In this document: positions 8,011 to 18,800 of the stretch, in pieces
Numbering within the stretch: position 1 is the stretch's first letter
Layout of the letters: each line of letters opens with the position of its first letter
Source of the DNA: an uncultured bacterium
Lineage (GTDB): Bacteria > Planctomycetota > SZUA-567 > JAKLDR01
Length of the DNA: 64,000 nucleotides
Direction of reading: 5' to 3'
NCBI GenBank assembly: GCA_965370045.1
Contig: CBDUSI010000001.1
Coordinates: 18,691-82,690 of the forward strand
The notes under the pieces: generated by a model
Seen by the model: only the letters and a program-made list of their open reading frames with translations
Told to the model about the DNA's origin: nothing
Databases searched by the model: none
Program-made: the position numbers and the translations under genes

Positions 8011-8217
8011 GCCCGGATTCTAGCCGCCGGCGGCGTGATTTTCAACGTTCAGGACCAGCCGCCATAGGCCCGACCGGTGGCGCGACCTGGCAAGCACGCC
8101 CTCCGGCCGGCGGCCAAACCGAAGGAGAAGCACGCCTCGGTCAATCGCCCAAGGCGCTCTGCCACAGGGCGTTGTGTCATATCGTCGGGCGGCGAGCCGT
8201 TTTTCCACATGAGTCTC

Positions 8218-8246
8218 TTGACATATCACCACAGCCATGATACACT
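8218..8246 (+). promoter_or_regulatory. sigma70-like promoter: TTGACA (8218-8223), 17-nt spacer, TACACT (8241-8246)
   Basis: ctcTTGACAtatcaccacagccatgaTACACT, followed by RBS AAGGAG (8261-8266) and the ATG at 8273. Confidence 0.55.
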
Positions 8247-8272
8247 ATGATAGAGCAAGAAAGGAGATTGAA

Positions 8273-9844
8273 ATGGCTGCCAAGAGGAAACGCACCAAGA
8301 AGAAGGCCGGGGTGAAGAAGCCGGCGGGCGGGACGCGTTCTGCATCGAAGGCCCCGAAAGCGACCCGCAAGATCCCCAATGGAGGCGGGGGCGAGCTGGT
8401 GGACATGGACCAGGCCATCCGCCTGCTCAAGACCACGCGGCCTACTTTCTACCGCTGGTTGCGCGCCGGCAAGGTCAAGGGCATGAAGGTCGGCCGCCAG
8501 TGGCGCTTTTACAGGAAGGACATAGAAAGCTTCCTGAAGGGCGAGGAGCCCCGTGTTGACCTGCCGGTGAGCATCGGGCCTCTGGTCGCCGAACTCACCG
8601 AGCGCGGCGAGGAGTTGGGCGTCAAGGACCTGCCGCGTCCCGGGAAGGGCGGCATGGACGGGGTCATTGAACTGATGTTTGGCCTGGCAGTGGGGCTGCA
8701 GGCCTCGGACGTGCACATCGAGCCCTTCTCAACCAAGGCCGGGCAGGACACCGTCGGCATGATCCGCTACCGGATTGACGGCGTGCTCCACCCGGTTGCG
8801 GAATTTGACATGCGCCTGCTGCCGGCGCTGATCGAGCGCCTCAAGGCCGCGGCGTCCTGCGACGTGCGCGAGAAGCGCAAGCCCCAGGACGGCCGGATCG
8901 TCCTCAAGATCGGAGACCGGGCCCTGGACCTGCGCGTCAGTTTCGTGGGCCCGGTGATGGGCGAGGCGGCCACGATCCGCATCCTCGACTCCAGCGCCGT
9001 GTCGCTGAAGCTGGAGCGCATCGACTACGCGCCGCGTGATCGCGAGCGGCTGCAGAAGGCCATTCGCTCTCCGTGGGGACTGGTGCTGGTCACCGGGCCC
9101 ACCGGCTGCGGCAAGACCACGGTGCTCTACTCCTGCCTCAACGAACTCACCGGCCCGGGGGTCAAGACCATGTCGCTGGAGGATCCCGTCGAGTACCTGC
9201 TGCCCTGGGTGACGCAGATAGCCATCAGGCCGGCGGAGGGCCTGACCTTCGAGCGCGGCGCGAGGTCGGTCCTGCGCTCCGACCCCGACGTGATAATGGT
9301 CGGCGAGATCCGCAACCGGGAAACCCTGGCCATCTGCCAGCAGGCCGCGCTCACCGGCCACCTGGTCTTCACCACGCTGCACGCCGACGAGGCGGCCAGC
9401 GCGCTGAAGCGCATGGTGGAGATCGGCAGCGAGCCCTTCGTGGTCGCCGAGTCCACCCGGCTGGTCCTGGCCCAGCGCCTGGTCCGCAAGCTCTGCCCCG
9501 AGTGCCGGGAGCCGCAGGAGCCCTCCGAGGGCGTTCTCAAGCACGCCGCGGAGCTGGCCCGCGCCGGGGGCCTGGGCTGGGAAACGCTCTCCGCGAAGTT
9601 CCACGGCCCGGTCGGCTGCAAGCGCTGCGGCCGGACCGGCTTTCGGGGCCGCACGGTCATCACCGAGGTGCTGGAGATCACCGCCGAGGTGGGCAACGCC
9701 CTGCGGCGCGGCGCGACGGTCGACGAGCTGCGCTCGGTGGCGGTCAGCCAGGGCATGACCACCATGGCCGCCGACGGCATCCGCCGCGCGGCGCGCGGAG
9801 AGGTGGTGCTCGCCGAGGTGTTACAAGTCTTGGGGTTGAGGTAG
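8273..9844 (+). CDS. GspE/PilB-family secretion ATPase with an N-terminal Lys-rich tail and an excisionase-type HTH domain
   Basis: Walker A GPTGCGKTT, Asp/His boxes, and the tetracysteine motif CPEC...CKRC typical of GspE/PilB. The N-terminus is MAAKRKRTKKKAGVKKP... followed by MDQAIRLLKTTRPTFYRWLRAGKVKGMKVGRQWRFYRKDIESFL (HTH_17/excisionase-like). Start 8273 chosen over ORF-track 8237 because of the AAGGAG RBS. Confidence 0.85.
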   Translation: MAAKRKRTKKKAGVKKPAGGTRSASKAPKATRKIPNGGGGELVDMDQAIRLLKTTRPTFYRWLRAGKVKGMKVGRQWRFYRKDIESFLKGEEPRVDLPVSIGPLVAELTERGEELGVKDLPRPGKGGMDGVIELMFGLAVGLQASDVHIEPFSTKAGQDTVGMIRYRIDGVLHPVAEFDMRLLPALIERLKAAASCDVREKRKPQDGRIVLKIGDRALDLRVSFVGPVMGEAATIRILDSSAVSLKLERIDYAPRDRERLQKAIRSPWGLVLVTGPTGCGKTTVLYSCLNELTGPGVKTMSLEDPVEYLLPWVTQIAIRPAEGLTFERGARSVLRSDPDVIMVGEIRNRETLAICQQAALTGHLVFTTLHADEAASALKRMVEIGSEPFVVAESTRLVLAQRLVRKLCPECREPQEPSEGVLKHAAELARAGGLGWETLSAKFHGPVGCKRCGRTGFRGRTVITEVLEITAEVGNALRRGATVDELRSVAVSQGMTTMAADGIRRAARGEVVLAEVLQVLGLR

Positions 9845-9858
9845 AAGGGGCGGCAGCG

Positions 9859-10740
9859 CTAGCGCCGGTCGGTGCCGCGCTCGCCGTGGCCGGGCTGGAA
9901 GCCCGAGCCGCCGGAGCCGCTCGCGGCCACCTTCCCGTAGGGCAGACCGTGCTTGCGCGCCACCTGGCGGCCGGTGTGAGTGCGGTACCACAGCGACCCC
10001 CTGTAGAGGTCGGCGCCCAGCCGCGCGGAAACGAAGGACAGGAACTTCGCGGTGGAGTAGTAGAATATCTCGTCCCTGAAGCCGCGGGTCTTCTCGTACT
10101 TGCGGGAGTGCAGGTGCATGTCCAGGCGGGTGCCCTTGCCGTCCGTGTCGTAGTGCTCCTGCCGCTCCCAGATGAACTTCTCGCGCAGCGGGGTGCGGAT
10201 CTCCAGGGGCACACCGTCGTCGGTCATGCGGATGATGTCCTCGAAGGAGCGGTGCGGGGCCGCGCAGGCGTAGACCCGGTAGGTCACCGACAGGCGCTTG
10301 GGGGGGTATATCTCGAAACTGTTCACGGTGGCCACCAGCACCGCGTCGGCCCCCGCGGCGCGCGCGGCGTACACCGCGTCGAGCGCCGAGCGCCCCAGCT
10401 CGATCTTCTCGTCATCGGCGGGCGTGCGCCGCTCGTTCCTGGCGCGCTTGGTCAGTTCCAGGTTGGCCTGCTTGGCGGCGGCGGCCAGCTGCTGGGGGTA
10501 GATCACCTTGAAGCGCTTGTAGGGCACGATCTCGTCGGCCAGCAGGCGCGGGAAGACCTCCGCGTACTTGCCCAGCTTCCCGGAGTCGTCCCGGACGGGG
10601 GCGATGGCCAGCTTCTCGATGTCCGCGAAGCGGGCCAGGCGGTCGCGCCACTTGGGGAACTTGGCCGTCCGCCGCGGCCGGCAGCCGGCGAAGGCCAGCA
10701 CGGCCAGCGTGGCGGCGGCGAGGAGAGTCACGCGGCGCAT
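9859..10740 (-). CDS. hypothetical lipoprotein
   Basis: Signal peptide with lipobox LAFAGC. No recognisable domain. Confidence 0.55.
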   Translation of the reverse strand: MRRVTLLAAATLAVLAFAGCRPRRTAKFPKWRDRLARFADIEKLAIAPVRDDSGKLGKYAEVFPRLLADEIVPYKRFKVIYPQQLAAAAKQANLELTKRARNERRTPADDEKIELGRSALDAVYAARAAGADAVLVATVNSFEIYPPKRLSVTYRVYACAAPHRSFEDIIRMTDDGVPLEIRTPLREKFIWERQEHYDTDGKGTRLDMHLHSRKYEKTRGFRDEIFYYSTAKFLSFVSARLGADLYRGSLWYRTHTGRQVARKHGLPYGKVAASGSGGSGFQPGHGERGTDRR

Positions 10741-10750
10741 AATACGGTCC

Positions 10751-11935
10751 TTACTCGTCGCTCGAGCCGCCGGCGGAAACCGCCGGGGGCGGGGGCGCCA
10801 TGTAGGTGTGCAGCGCGTCAGTGCCGGTCTTCTCCTCCGGAGCCTTCGGCGGGGGGTTCTTTTCCTTGGGGCCGGGGGTCGCGCCCGTCACCGAGCCGCG
10901 CGGCGAGGGCAGCAGCGGGTTGAGGCTCCAGATGTTCTTGGGGCCCTTGGCCATCGAACAGAAGTAAATGCGGTCGCGGCCCTTCTTGTCGCGAGTCCAG
11001 ACCGGGTGGCTCTCCGGCTCACGGCTGGAGGTCAGCTTGACCAGATCCTGGCCCTGGAGGTTGACGATCCAGATGTCGTCGCCCCTGAGGATGCGCCCGG
11101 CCTCCTGGGCCTCGCTGCTCTCGTGGACGGTGGCGAAGACCAGGTAATCGCCCTTGGGGCTCCAGTTGGGGTTGATCGCCGCCCACTTGTCGCTGCAGGC
11201 GATCTCGGTGGGCTTGGTGACGTTGAGATCCTCGTCGATCTCCACGGTCCAGACCGAGTACCAGCGCGGCTCGCGGCTGCGGGCCCGCTGGAAGGCGATC
11301 ATCTTGCCGTCGGGGCTGAACTTGGGAAAGAGGCCCTGCCCCAGGTAACGGGTCCGGCCGCTGTCGATATCCTTGACGACGATCTCCCACCTTCCGGCGC
11401 GGAGATCGTAGCTGCTGAAGGCCAGCCAGTTCTTGGTGGGGTGGAAGCTGGGGGAAATCTCGTCGGTGTTCATGCTCAGGGTCACCCAGGTGGGCCGGCC
11501 GCTGCTCTGGACCGGCTCGATGCAGATGTCCCAGTTGCCGCGCCGGTTGGTGGCGTAGGCGAAGCGCTTGCCGTCCGGGCTGAAGCAGGGCTGTATCTCC
11601 GCATGGGCGGTGTTGGTCAGCCGGGTGACCGTCGCGGCGTTAACATCTTTCATGTAAATATCCGGGGTCCGCGAGTGGCGGGTGGAGGCGAAGAGCAACT
11701 TCTTGCCGTCGGGCGAAATCGAGGGGTCGTAGTCGCCGCCCTGCCGGGTAAAGGTGTTCTGCTCCATGGTCTTGTAGTCGTAGGGCAGGCCGGTGCGCAG
11801 GGGGCCGTTGTGGTAGGGATAGACCTCCTTGAGCCCCTTGTGATGGGCCACCGGCTTGGACGTCTTGCAGCCCGCGACCGACATGAGGACGCCGAGGGCC
11901 AACAGAGCCGAGAGAACCAGGAAACCGCGCTTCAT
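10751..11935 (-). CDS. TolB-like periplasmic beta-propeller lipoprotein (PD40/WD40-like repeats)
   Basis: Lipobox SVAGC. Repeated SPDGK motifs (SPDGKKLLFAS, SPDGKRFAYAT, SPDGKMIAFQ, SPKGDYLVFAT). RBS AAGGAGG. Confidence 0.75.
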   Translation of the reverse strand: MKRGFLVLSALLALGVLMSVAGCKTSKPVAHHKGLKEVYPYHNGPLRTGLPYDYKTMEQNTFTRQGGDYDPSISPDGKKLLFASTRHSRTPDIYMKDVNAATVTRLTNTAHAEIQPCFSPDGKRFAYATNRRGNWDICIEPVQSSGRPTWVTLSMNTDEISPSFHPTKNWLAFSSYDLRAGRWEIVVKDIDSGRTRYLGQGLFPKFSPDGKMIAFQRARSREPRWYSVWTVEIDEDLNVTKPTEIACSDKWAAINPNWSPKGDYLVFATVHESSEAQEAGRILRGDDIWIVNLQGQDLVKLTSSREPESHPVWTRDKKGRDRIYFCSMAKGPKNIWSLNPLLPSPRGSVTGATPGPKEKNPPPKAPEEKTGTDALHTYMAPPPPAVSAGGSSDE

Positions 11936-12160
11936 CTGAGCGCCTCCTTATTAATGTTGCAGTCCGACGTAACTTTATCGACCATCGGGAAGCGCCCCCT
12001 TGAGCCAAAATGGCGATTATCGGACGCGCGAGGGGCCCGGAAGGCCCTGCATTTCAGGCGTTTGAGAGGTGGCCCCGGGAAGTCCGCGGACCCCGTGAGC
12101 CGGCCTCGTCCGGCGCGCCCTCCTTGATTTTGGCCCGCCGGCGGCGAGACTGTTCCGATC

Positions 12161-13492
12161 ATGGCGAAGAAGGAGAAAAAGGAGCCCGCGCGCTGGGCCA
12201 GCGCGGCCATCGTCGGCCGGCCCAATGTGGGCAAGAGCACCCTGTTCAACGCCCTGATCGGCCAGCCGGTGGCCATTGAGGACGCCATGGCCGGGACCAC
12301 CCGCGACCGGCTGATCCACGCCGCCCAATGGGACGAGCGCCGCCTCGACCTCATCGACACCGGGGGCATGGGCATCATCGACCTGCCCGAGCTGGCCGGC
12401 CGCATCGAGTCGCAGATCGAGGTGGCCATCGAGGAGGCCACCGCCCTGGTCTTCCTGACCGACGCCCGCGACGGGCTGACCGCCGCCGACCGGGAGATCG
12501 CCGCGCGCCTGCACCGCGCCGGCAAGCCCGTGATCATGGCCGTCAACAAGGTGGACAACGAGCAGCGCGAGCCGGCCGTCGCGGAGTTCAGCGCGCTGGG
12601 CTTCGGCGAGCCCCTGGCGGTCAGCGCGCTCCACCGCCTGAACCTGGATTACCTGAGGGAGGCGCTGCTGGCGGCCATGCCCGAAGCTCCGCCCCCGCCC
12701 CGGGGGGAGTTCTCCATCGCCCTGGTCGGCCGGCGCAACGTGGGGAAATCCACCTTCGTCAACTCCCTGGCGGGCTTCGAGCGGGTGGTGGCCGACGCGC
12801 GTCCGGGGACCACCCGCGACTCGGTGGACGTGGTCGTCGAGCAGAAGGGGCAGCACTACACGATCGTCGACACCGCCGGAGTGCGCAAGCGCGGCCGGCC
12901 GGAGAACGCCCCGGAGTACAAGAGCCTGCTGCGCTCGGAACGCGCGCTGGAGCGCGCCGACGCCGTGGCCCTGATGCTCGACGCCATGGAGGGGGTCGGG
13001 GCGCTGGACAAGCGCCTGGGGATGCTCGCCGCCGAGAGCGGCAAGCCGGTGGTCATCGTGGTCAACAAGTGGGACCTCACCAAGGAGGAGGACACCACCG
13101 GGGAGTACGAGGAGTACCTCGGGAAGCAGCTGCCCGGGCTCTCCTTCGCGCCGGTGGTTTTCACCGCGGCCCTGGAGGGCCGGCGGGTCTGGGCGGTGCT
13201 CAAGCTGCTGCGCGAGCTCTGGGAGCTGGCCGGACAGCAGACCGGCACCGCGCTCCTCAACCGCATCGTGAAGCGCATCCTCGACAAGCAGCCCCCGCCG
13301 TCGAGCAAGCGCCAGATACCCAAGATCCGCTTCGCGGTGCAGACCGGCACCCGCCCGCAGCGCTTCACTGTGCAGACCGTCCGCGCCCACGCGCTGCGCG
13401 GCAGCTACCGGAAGTTCTTCGAGCGCCGGCTGAAGGCGGAACTGGGCCTGGACGAGATCCCCGTGCTGGTCCGCTTCCGGGAAAAGAAGTAG
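12161..13492 (+). CDS. der: ribosome-associated GTPase Der (EngA), tandem GTPase domains
   Basis: Two G1 motifs, GRPNVGKST and GRRNVGKST, each with DTAG/DTGG and NKxD motifs, plus a KH-like C-terminal domain. Confidence 0.92.
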   Translation: MAKKEKKEPARWASAAIVGRPNVGKSTLFNALIGQPVAIEDAMAGTTRDRLIHAAQWDERRLDLIDTGGMGIIDLPELAGRIESQIEVAIEEATALVFLTDARDGLTAADREIAARLHRAGKPVIMAVNKVDNEQREPAVAEFSALGFGEPLAVSALHRLNLDYLREALLAAMPEAPPPPRGEFSIALVGRRNVGKSTFVNSLAGFERVVADARPGTTRDSVDVVVEQKGQHYTIVDTAGVRKRGRPENAPEYKSLLRSERALERADAVALMLDAMEGVGALDKRLGMLAAESGKPVVIVVNKWDLTKEEDTTGEYEEYLGKQLPGLSFAPVVFTAALEGRRVWAVLKLLRELWELAGQQTGTALLNRIVKRILDKQPPPSSKRQIPKIRFAVQTGTRPQRFTVQTVRAHALRGSYRKFFERRLKAELGLDEIPVLVRFREKK

Positions 13493-13528
13493 GCTAATAG
13501 CCGCCTCCGGACGCGCGCCCCTTACTGT

Positions 13529-14617
13529 ATGAGCACTCCCGTGGATTCTGCCATGCCGCCTGCCGGAAAGCGCCGCTGGTGGTGGCTGCGGATGGTCGCG
13601 ATCTGCGCCGCGCTGGTCGCCGGGTTGCTGGCCATCGCCTTCACCGCCCCGGTCGCCTATCAACGTTATCGCGCCTGGCGCTACCCGCCGGAGTACGTCC
13701 AGAAGATATATGACGTGCGGGACTTGACCTTTCGGATTACATCTTTCTGCGGACTTGCCGTGGGCCCGGCTTCCAAGGGATTGGTGCGCCCGGACCCGGA
13801 CGGGGGCCTGCTCTCCGGCGGCGAGATTGCGGGCCGGATCAGAAAGCTCATCGGCGAAGATAAGTGGACGGGAGACGCCTCGATCGAAGAGAGAAACGGC
13901 CAACTGATAGTGGTGCATGTCCCCGAGGTCCACGAGAAGATATCCGTCTTCCTGAAGGAGCTGCGCACCGGCGGCGATTGGGGAGTGATTCTCAGGACCC
14001 GCTTCATGGTCGGCGCGGACTTCGCCGCGATATTGAAGCGTCTGGGCGCAGCTCCCGGCGCATCGCTCTCCGACGCGGACGCGGAGAAGCTCGTCGCCAT
14101 CGCCGAGCGCCGCGGAGCGGAAACCCGCAACGCCATGTCCGTGACCGACCTCGTTGGCTGGGAGAAGCGCATCGACGACCCCGAAACGGAGATACCGTGC
14201 TCCACCGGCTGGCAGGTCTATATCGAGAGACTCGCAAGCCGCGAGTACCTGTACGGATTCGATGAATCCGGGAAGGCCGTGAAGAGCATAGTGTGGACCG
14301 GGATGGCCCTCAACGTCCGCCCGAAGGTGTCAGAGTGCCGGACGCGGGTCATGCTTCGCCTGGACGCGGGTTATTGCGGCGTACTGGCCATGCAAGAGCA
14401 ATCCACGCCGCGCGGCGAGGTGGAGGTCCCGGTTCTCGACGAGCGCCGGCTGAAGAAGACCGTGACGCTTCCCGACGGCGAATGGACCGCGTTGGTGCTG
14501 GAACCCGGCACAAAGGACTCGCGTGCCGAGGGGCCGATCCTGGTGCTGGTCGGCGTGCAGATCGTGCGACCCTCCTTGGACGAAAGGTTCTTCCGGGAAG
14601 TGGAAACCAAGCTCTAG
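13529..14617 (+). CDS. hypothetical membrane-anchored protein (N-terminal TM, no recognised domain)
   Basis: N-terminal hydrophobic segment WWWLRMVAICAALVAGLLAIAF followed by a 330-aa soluble part. Confidence 0.5.
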   Translation: MSTPVDSAMPPAGKRRWWWLRMVAICAALVAGLLAIAFTAPVAYQRYRAWRYPPEYVQKIYDVRDLTFRITSFCGLAVGPASKGLVRPDPDGGLLSGGEIAGRIRKLIGEDKWTGDASIEERNGQLIVVHVPEVHEKISVFLKELRTGGDWGVILRTRFMVGADFAAILKRLGAAPGASLSDADAEKLVAIAERRGAETRNAMSVTDLVGWEKRIDDPETEIPCSTGWQVYIERLASREYLYGFDESGKAVKSIVWTGMALNVRPKVSECRTRVMLRLDAGYCGVLAMQEQSTPRGEVEVPVLDERRLKKTVTLPDGEWTALVLEPGTKDSRAEGPILVLVGVQIVRPSLDERFFREVETKL

Positions 14618-14683
14618 GACCGGCCCCCCCGCCTTGCACCCGTCAGCCCTCCTTGCTACACTCCGCGCGGGAGGAAACGCGCC

Positions 14684-15859
14684 GTGGACCTGGTCTTCGC
14701 CAAGCTCGCCGCCAAGTACAAAGGGGCATTGCTCGACGACGTGCTGCCCTTCTGGCTGCGGCATTCTTTGGACGAGAAACACGGCGGATACCTGACCTGT
14801 CTGGACCGCGCGGGCCAAGTCTACGACACCGACAAGTTCACCTGGCTGCAGGCCCGCGAGGCCTGGCAGTTCGCCGCGCTCTACAACCGGCTCGAAGAGC
14901 GCGAAGAGTGGCTGCGCGCCGCGAAGCTGGGCATCGACTTCCTCAAGCGGCACGGCCGCGACGCCGACGGCAACTGGTACTTCTCGCTGCGTCGCGACGG
15001 CCGGCCCACTGTCGAGGCCTATAACATCTTTTCGGACGGTTTCGCGGCGGGGGCCTTCAGCCAGTACGCCATTGCCGCCGGTGACGAAGAGAGCGCCGAG
15101 ATCGCCCTGGCCACCTACCGCAACATCTGGCGCCGCAAGGAGGATCCCAAGGGACGCTTCTCCAAGGCGGCGCGCGGCGCGCGCGCGTTCGTCCCCCTGG
15201 CCATGGCCATGATCCTGGTCAACCTCACGCTGGAAATGGAAACGCACCTCCCCGAGTCCGAGCGCGAGGCGGCCCTGGACGGGTGCCTCCGCGAGATACT
15301 GGAGGTCTCTCGCGACAAGGCGCGCGGGATCGTCTACGAGAACTCCGCGCCGGACGGCTCGCACCCCGACTGCCTCGACGGGCGGCTCTACTCGCCGGGC
15401 CACGGCATCGAGGCCATGTGGTTCGTCCTGGACGTCGCCCGCCGGAGGGGCGACGCGGCGTTGGCCGCCGACGCGGTCGAAACCGCCCTGGCCACGCTGG
15501 AGCGCGGGTGGGACCCGGAGCATGGCGGCATCTTCTATTTCCTGGACGCCGAGGGCCGCCCGCCCGACAGGCTGGACTGGGACCAGAAGCTCTGGTGGGT
15601 GCACCTCGAAGCGCTGGTGGCGCTGGCCATGGGCTACGCTATCACTGGCGACGCGCGCTGCCTGGACTGGTTCCGGCGCGTTGACGAGTGGGCCTGGGCG
15701 CGCTTTCCCGATCCGGAGTTCGGCGAGTGGTGGGGTTATCTTAATCGCCGCGGGGAGCTGCTGCTGCCCTGCAAGGGCGGCAAGTGGAAAGGCTGTTTTC
15801 ATGTGCCCAGAGGGTTATGGATGGTCTGGAAGGAACTCGAGACGCTGAGCGCGCGCTGA
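14684..15859 (+). CDS. N-acylglucosamine 2-epimerase (AGE) family protein (sugar epimerase/isomerase)
   Basis: The (alpha/alpha)6-barrel AGE-family signature runs through the protein (DDVLPFW..., GGYLTCLDRAG, TWLQAREAWQFAALY, WWVHLEALVA). Confidence 0.75.
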   Translation: MDLVFAKLAAKYKGALLDDVLPFWLRHSLDEKHGGYLTCLDRAGQVYDTDKFTWLQAREAWQFAALYNRLEEREEWLRAAKLGIDFLKRHGRDADGNWYFSLRRDGRPTVEAYNIFSDGFAAGAFSQYAIAAGDEESAEIALATYRNIWRRKEDPKGRFSKAARGARAFVPLAMAMILVNLTLEMETHLPESEREAALDGCLREILEVSRDKARGIVYENSAPDGSHPDCLDGRLYSPGHGIEAMWFVLDVARRRGDAALAADAVETALATLERGWDPEHGGIFYFLDAEGRPPDRLDWDQKLWWVHLEALVALAMGYAITGDARCLDWFRRVDEWAWARFPDPEFGEWWGYLNRRGELLLPCKGGKWKGCFHVPRGLWMVWKELETLSAR

Positions 15860-15860
15860 C

Positions 15861-18800
15861 CTACCGCCGGCTGTCCGGCAGGAACTCCACCCGCTTCTCG
15901 CCGACCAGCTCGCAGAGGTCCTCGTGCAAGCGGTCCGAGGGGTTGACCCCGCCGCTGCCGGCCTGCAAGGTGACTACTTCGCCCTCGCCGGTCTCCACCT
16001 GGAAGTAGATCGGCTTGGACCCCTTGTGCGCGGCGAGCACGCCCTTGAGCTCCTCGAGCAGCTCATCGTCGAGCTCCCCCGAGCCGAAGCGCAGCACCGC
16101 CGAGCCGGCCAGCTGCCAGCGGGCCTCCTCCAGGGGGATTACCTCCTCGACGATTATCGAGAGCCGCTCCATCTTGCGGTCGGCCCGGCCGCGCAGGAAG
16201 ATCAGCTTGTCCGCGCGGAGCTGGTCGGAGTACTCCTCGTAGGTCCGCGGGAAGGCTACCGCTTCGACGCTGCCTTCCAAATCCTCCAGCACCAGGCGGG
16301 CCATGCGCCGGCCGGCCTTCTTGGTGACGGTTATCTTCACCTGCGCGAGCAGCCCGCCGAGCAGCACGTCCGCGCCGTCGGGCAGCCCGGCCAGTTTCCC
16401 CGTCGAAGTGGAAGAGAACTTGCCGATCAGCTCGGTGTGGCGGGCCAGCGGGTGGCCGGATAGATAAAAGCCCAGCACGGCCTTCTCGAACTCCAAGAGG
16501 CGGTTCTCCGGCCACTCGGGCATCTCGGGGGGGCCGGGCCGGTCCTCATCGCTCTCGCCGACGAAGCCGGCGGAGTCCAGCAGGGTCATCTGCCCCTGGG
16601 CGCGGTCGCGGGCCAGGCGGCTGCCCGAGGCCAGCGCGGCGTCCAGCACCGCGGCGCTCTGGGCGCGATTGGCCCCCGTCGAGTCGAAGGCCCCGGCCTT
16701 GATCAGCGCATCTATGACCGAGCGGTTGCAGGACCGGGTGTCCACGAACTCGCAGAAGTCGAAGACGTCGCGGAAGGCGCCGTGCGTATCGCGGGCGGCG
16801 ACGATGGCCTCCACCGCCTTGCTGCCCACGCCCTTGACCGCGCTGAGGCCGAAGCGGATCTTTCCTCCCGCCACGGTGAAGACCGCCCCGCTGGCGTTGA
16901 CGTCGGGGGGCAGCACCTCGATGTCCAGCCGGCCGCACTCGCTGATGTACTCGACGACCTTGTCGGTGTTGCCGGAGTCCAGGGTCAGCACCGCGGCCAT
17001 GAACTCGACGTGGTGGACCGCCTTGAGCCAGGCGGTCTGGTAGGCCAAGAGCGCGTAGCAGGCCGAGTGGCTCTTGTTGAAGCCGTAGCCGGCGAAGTAC
17101 TCGATCTCCTGGAAGACCTGCTCGGCGATGGCGCCCTTGATCTTGTTATTCTTGGCGCCCTCCACGAACTGGTCGCGGTACTGGGCCATGACCTCGGGGA
17201 TCTTCTTGCCCATGGCCCGGCGCAGGTTGTCGCCCTCGGAGAGCGAGAAGCCGGCCATCTTGGCGGCCAGGGCCTGGACCTGCTCCTGGTAGAGGATGAC
17301 CCCGTGGGTCTCCCTCAGGATGGGCTCCATGATCGGGTGGCGGTAGGAGGGCTTCTGGCGGCCGTGCTTGCAGTCCACGTACTGCTCGACCATGCCGCTG
17401 CCCAGCGGCCCCGGGCGGAAGAGGGCCACCAGGGCGATGAGGTCCTCGAAGCAGTCCGGCCGCAGGCGGACCACCAGCTCGGTCATGCCCGAGCTTTCCA
17501 TCTGGAAGATGCCCTTGGTCTCCCCGCGGGCCAGCATCTGGTAGGCGCGCTTCTCGTCCAGGGGGAACTTCGCGGGGTCGAGCTCTTTCCCGGTGGTCTC
17601 CTTGACCAGCTTGCAGGCCTTGTCTATTACGGTCAGGGTCTGCAGGCCCAGGAAGTCCATCTTGAGCAGGCCCAGCTCCCCGCACATCTTCATGTCGTAC
17701 TGGGTGCTGACCGTCTCCTCGCCCGGCGGCCGGTAGAGGGGCACCAGCTCGGCCAGCGGCCGGTCGCTGATGACCACCCCGGCGGCGTGGGTGCTGCAGT
17801 TGCGGGCCAGGCCCTCCAGCCCCTTGGCGATGTCCATCAGCCGGCCGACCGTTTCGTCCGCCCCGTACAGGTCTCGGAGCTCCTTCTCGCGCTCCAGGGC
17901 CTTGGCAATGGTCATCTTCGGCTCGGGCGGCACCAGCTTGGCGATGCGGTCCACCTCGGGGATGGGCACCTCCAGCACGCGCCCGGCGTCGCGGATCGCG
18001 GCCCGCGCGGCCATGGTCCCGAACGTGATGATCTGGGCCACCGACTCGCGGCCGTACTTCTTGGTGACGTAGTCGATGACCTCGCCCCTGCGCTCCTGGC
18101 AGATGTCGATGTCGAAGTCCGGGGGCTCGTTGCGGCCCTCGTTGAGGAAGCGCTCGAAGATCAGTCCGTACTTGAGGGGGTCGAGGTCGGTGATCCACAA
18201 GGCATAGGCGACGATCGAACCCGCGCTCGAGCCGCGCCCCGGCCCCACGGGTATGCCCACCGAGCGGGCGTGGCGGATGAAGTCCCAGACGATCAGGTAG
18301 TAGCTGGCGAAGCTCAGGCGGGAGAGCACCTTGATCTCGCGCTCGAAGCGCTCGGCGGCCACCTTGGGGACCGGATCGCCGTAGCGCCGCTTCATGCCCT
18401 CCCAGCCGAGCTTGCGCAGGTAGCCCTCGGGGCTCTCGCCGCCGGGGGGGTGGAAGACGGGCATGTGCTGGGTGTTGAAGTCCAGGGCCAGGTTGCAGCG
18501 GTCGGCGATCTCCACGGTGCGGGTCACGGCCCCCGGGAAGTCGGCGAATTCGGCTTTCATCTCTTCCGGGCTCTTGAAGTAGAACTGGTCGGTCGGGAAG
18601 CGCATGCGCGAGACGTCGCTGAGCTTCTTGCCGGTCTGAACGCAGAGCAGCACGTCGTGGACCTCGGCGTCCTCGCGGCGCAGGTAGTGCAGGTCCGCGG
18701 TGGCCACCAGGGGAATGCCGCTCTCGGCGGAGAGCTCGGCGAGCATCCCGTTGACACGATCCTGCTCGGGGATGCCGTTCTTCTGGACCTCGAGGAAGAA

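Noticed and set aside
12008-12160. Inverted repeat gccaaaatggcg ... ccttgattttggcc flanking the TolB-like/der intergenic region
   Set aside because: Arms are only 7-8 nt and are separated by about 110 nt. Probably coincidental; no supporting features.
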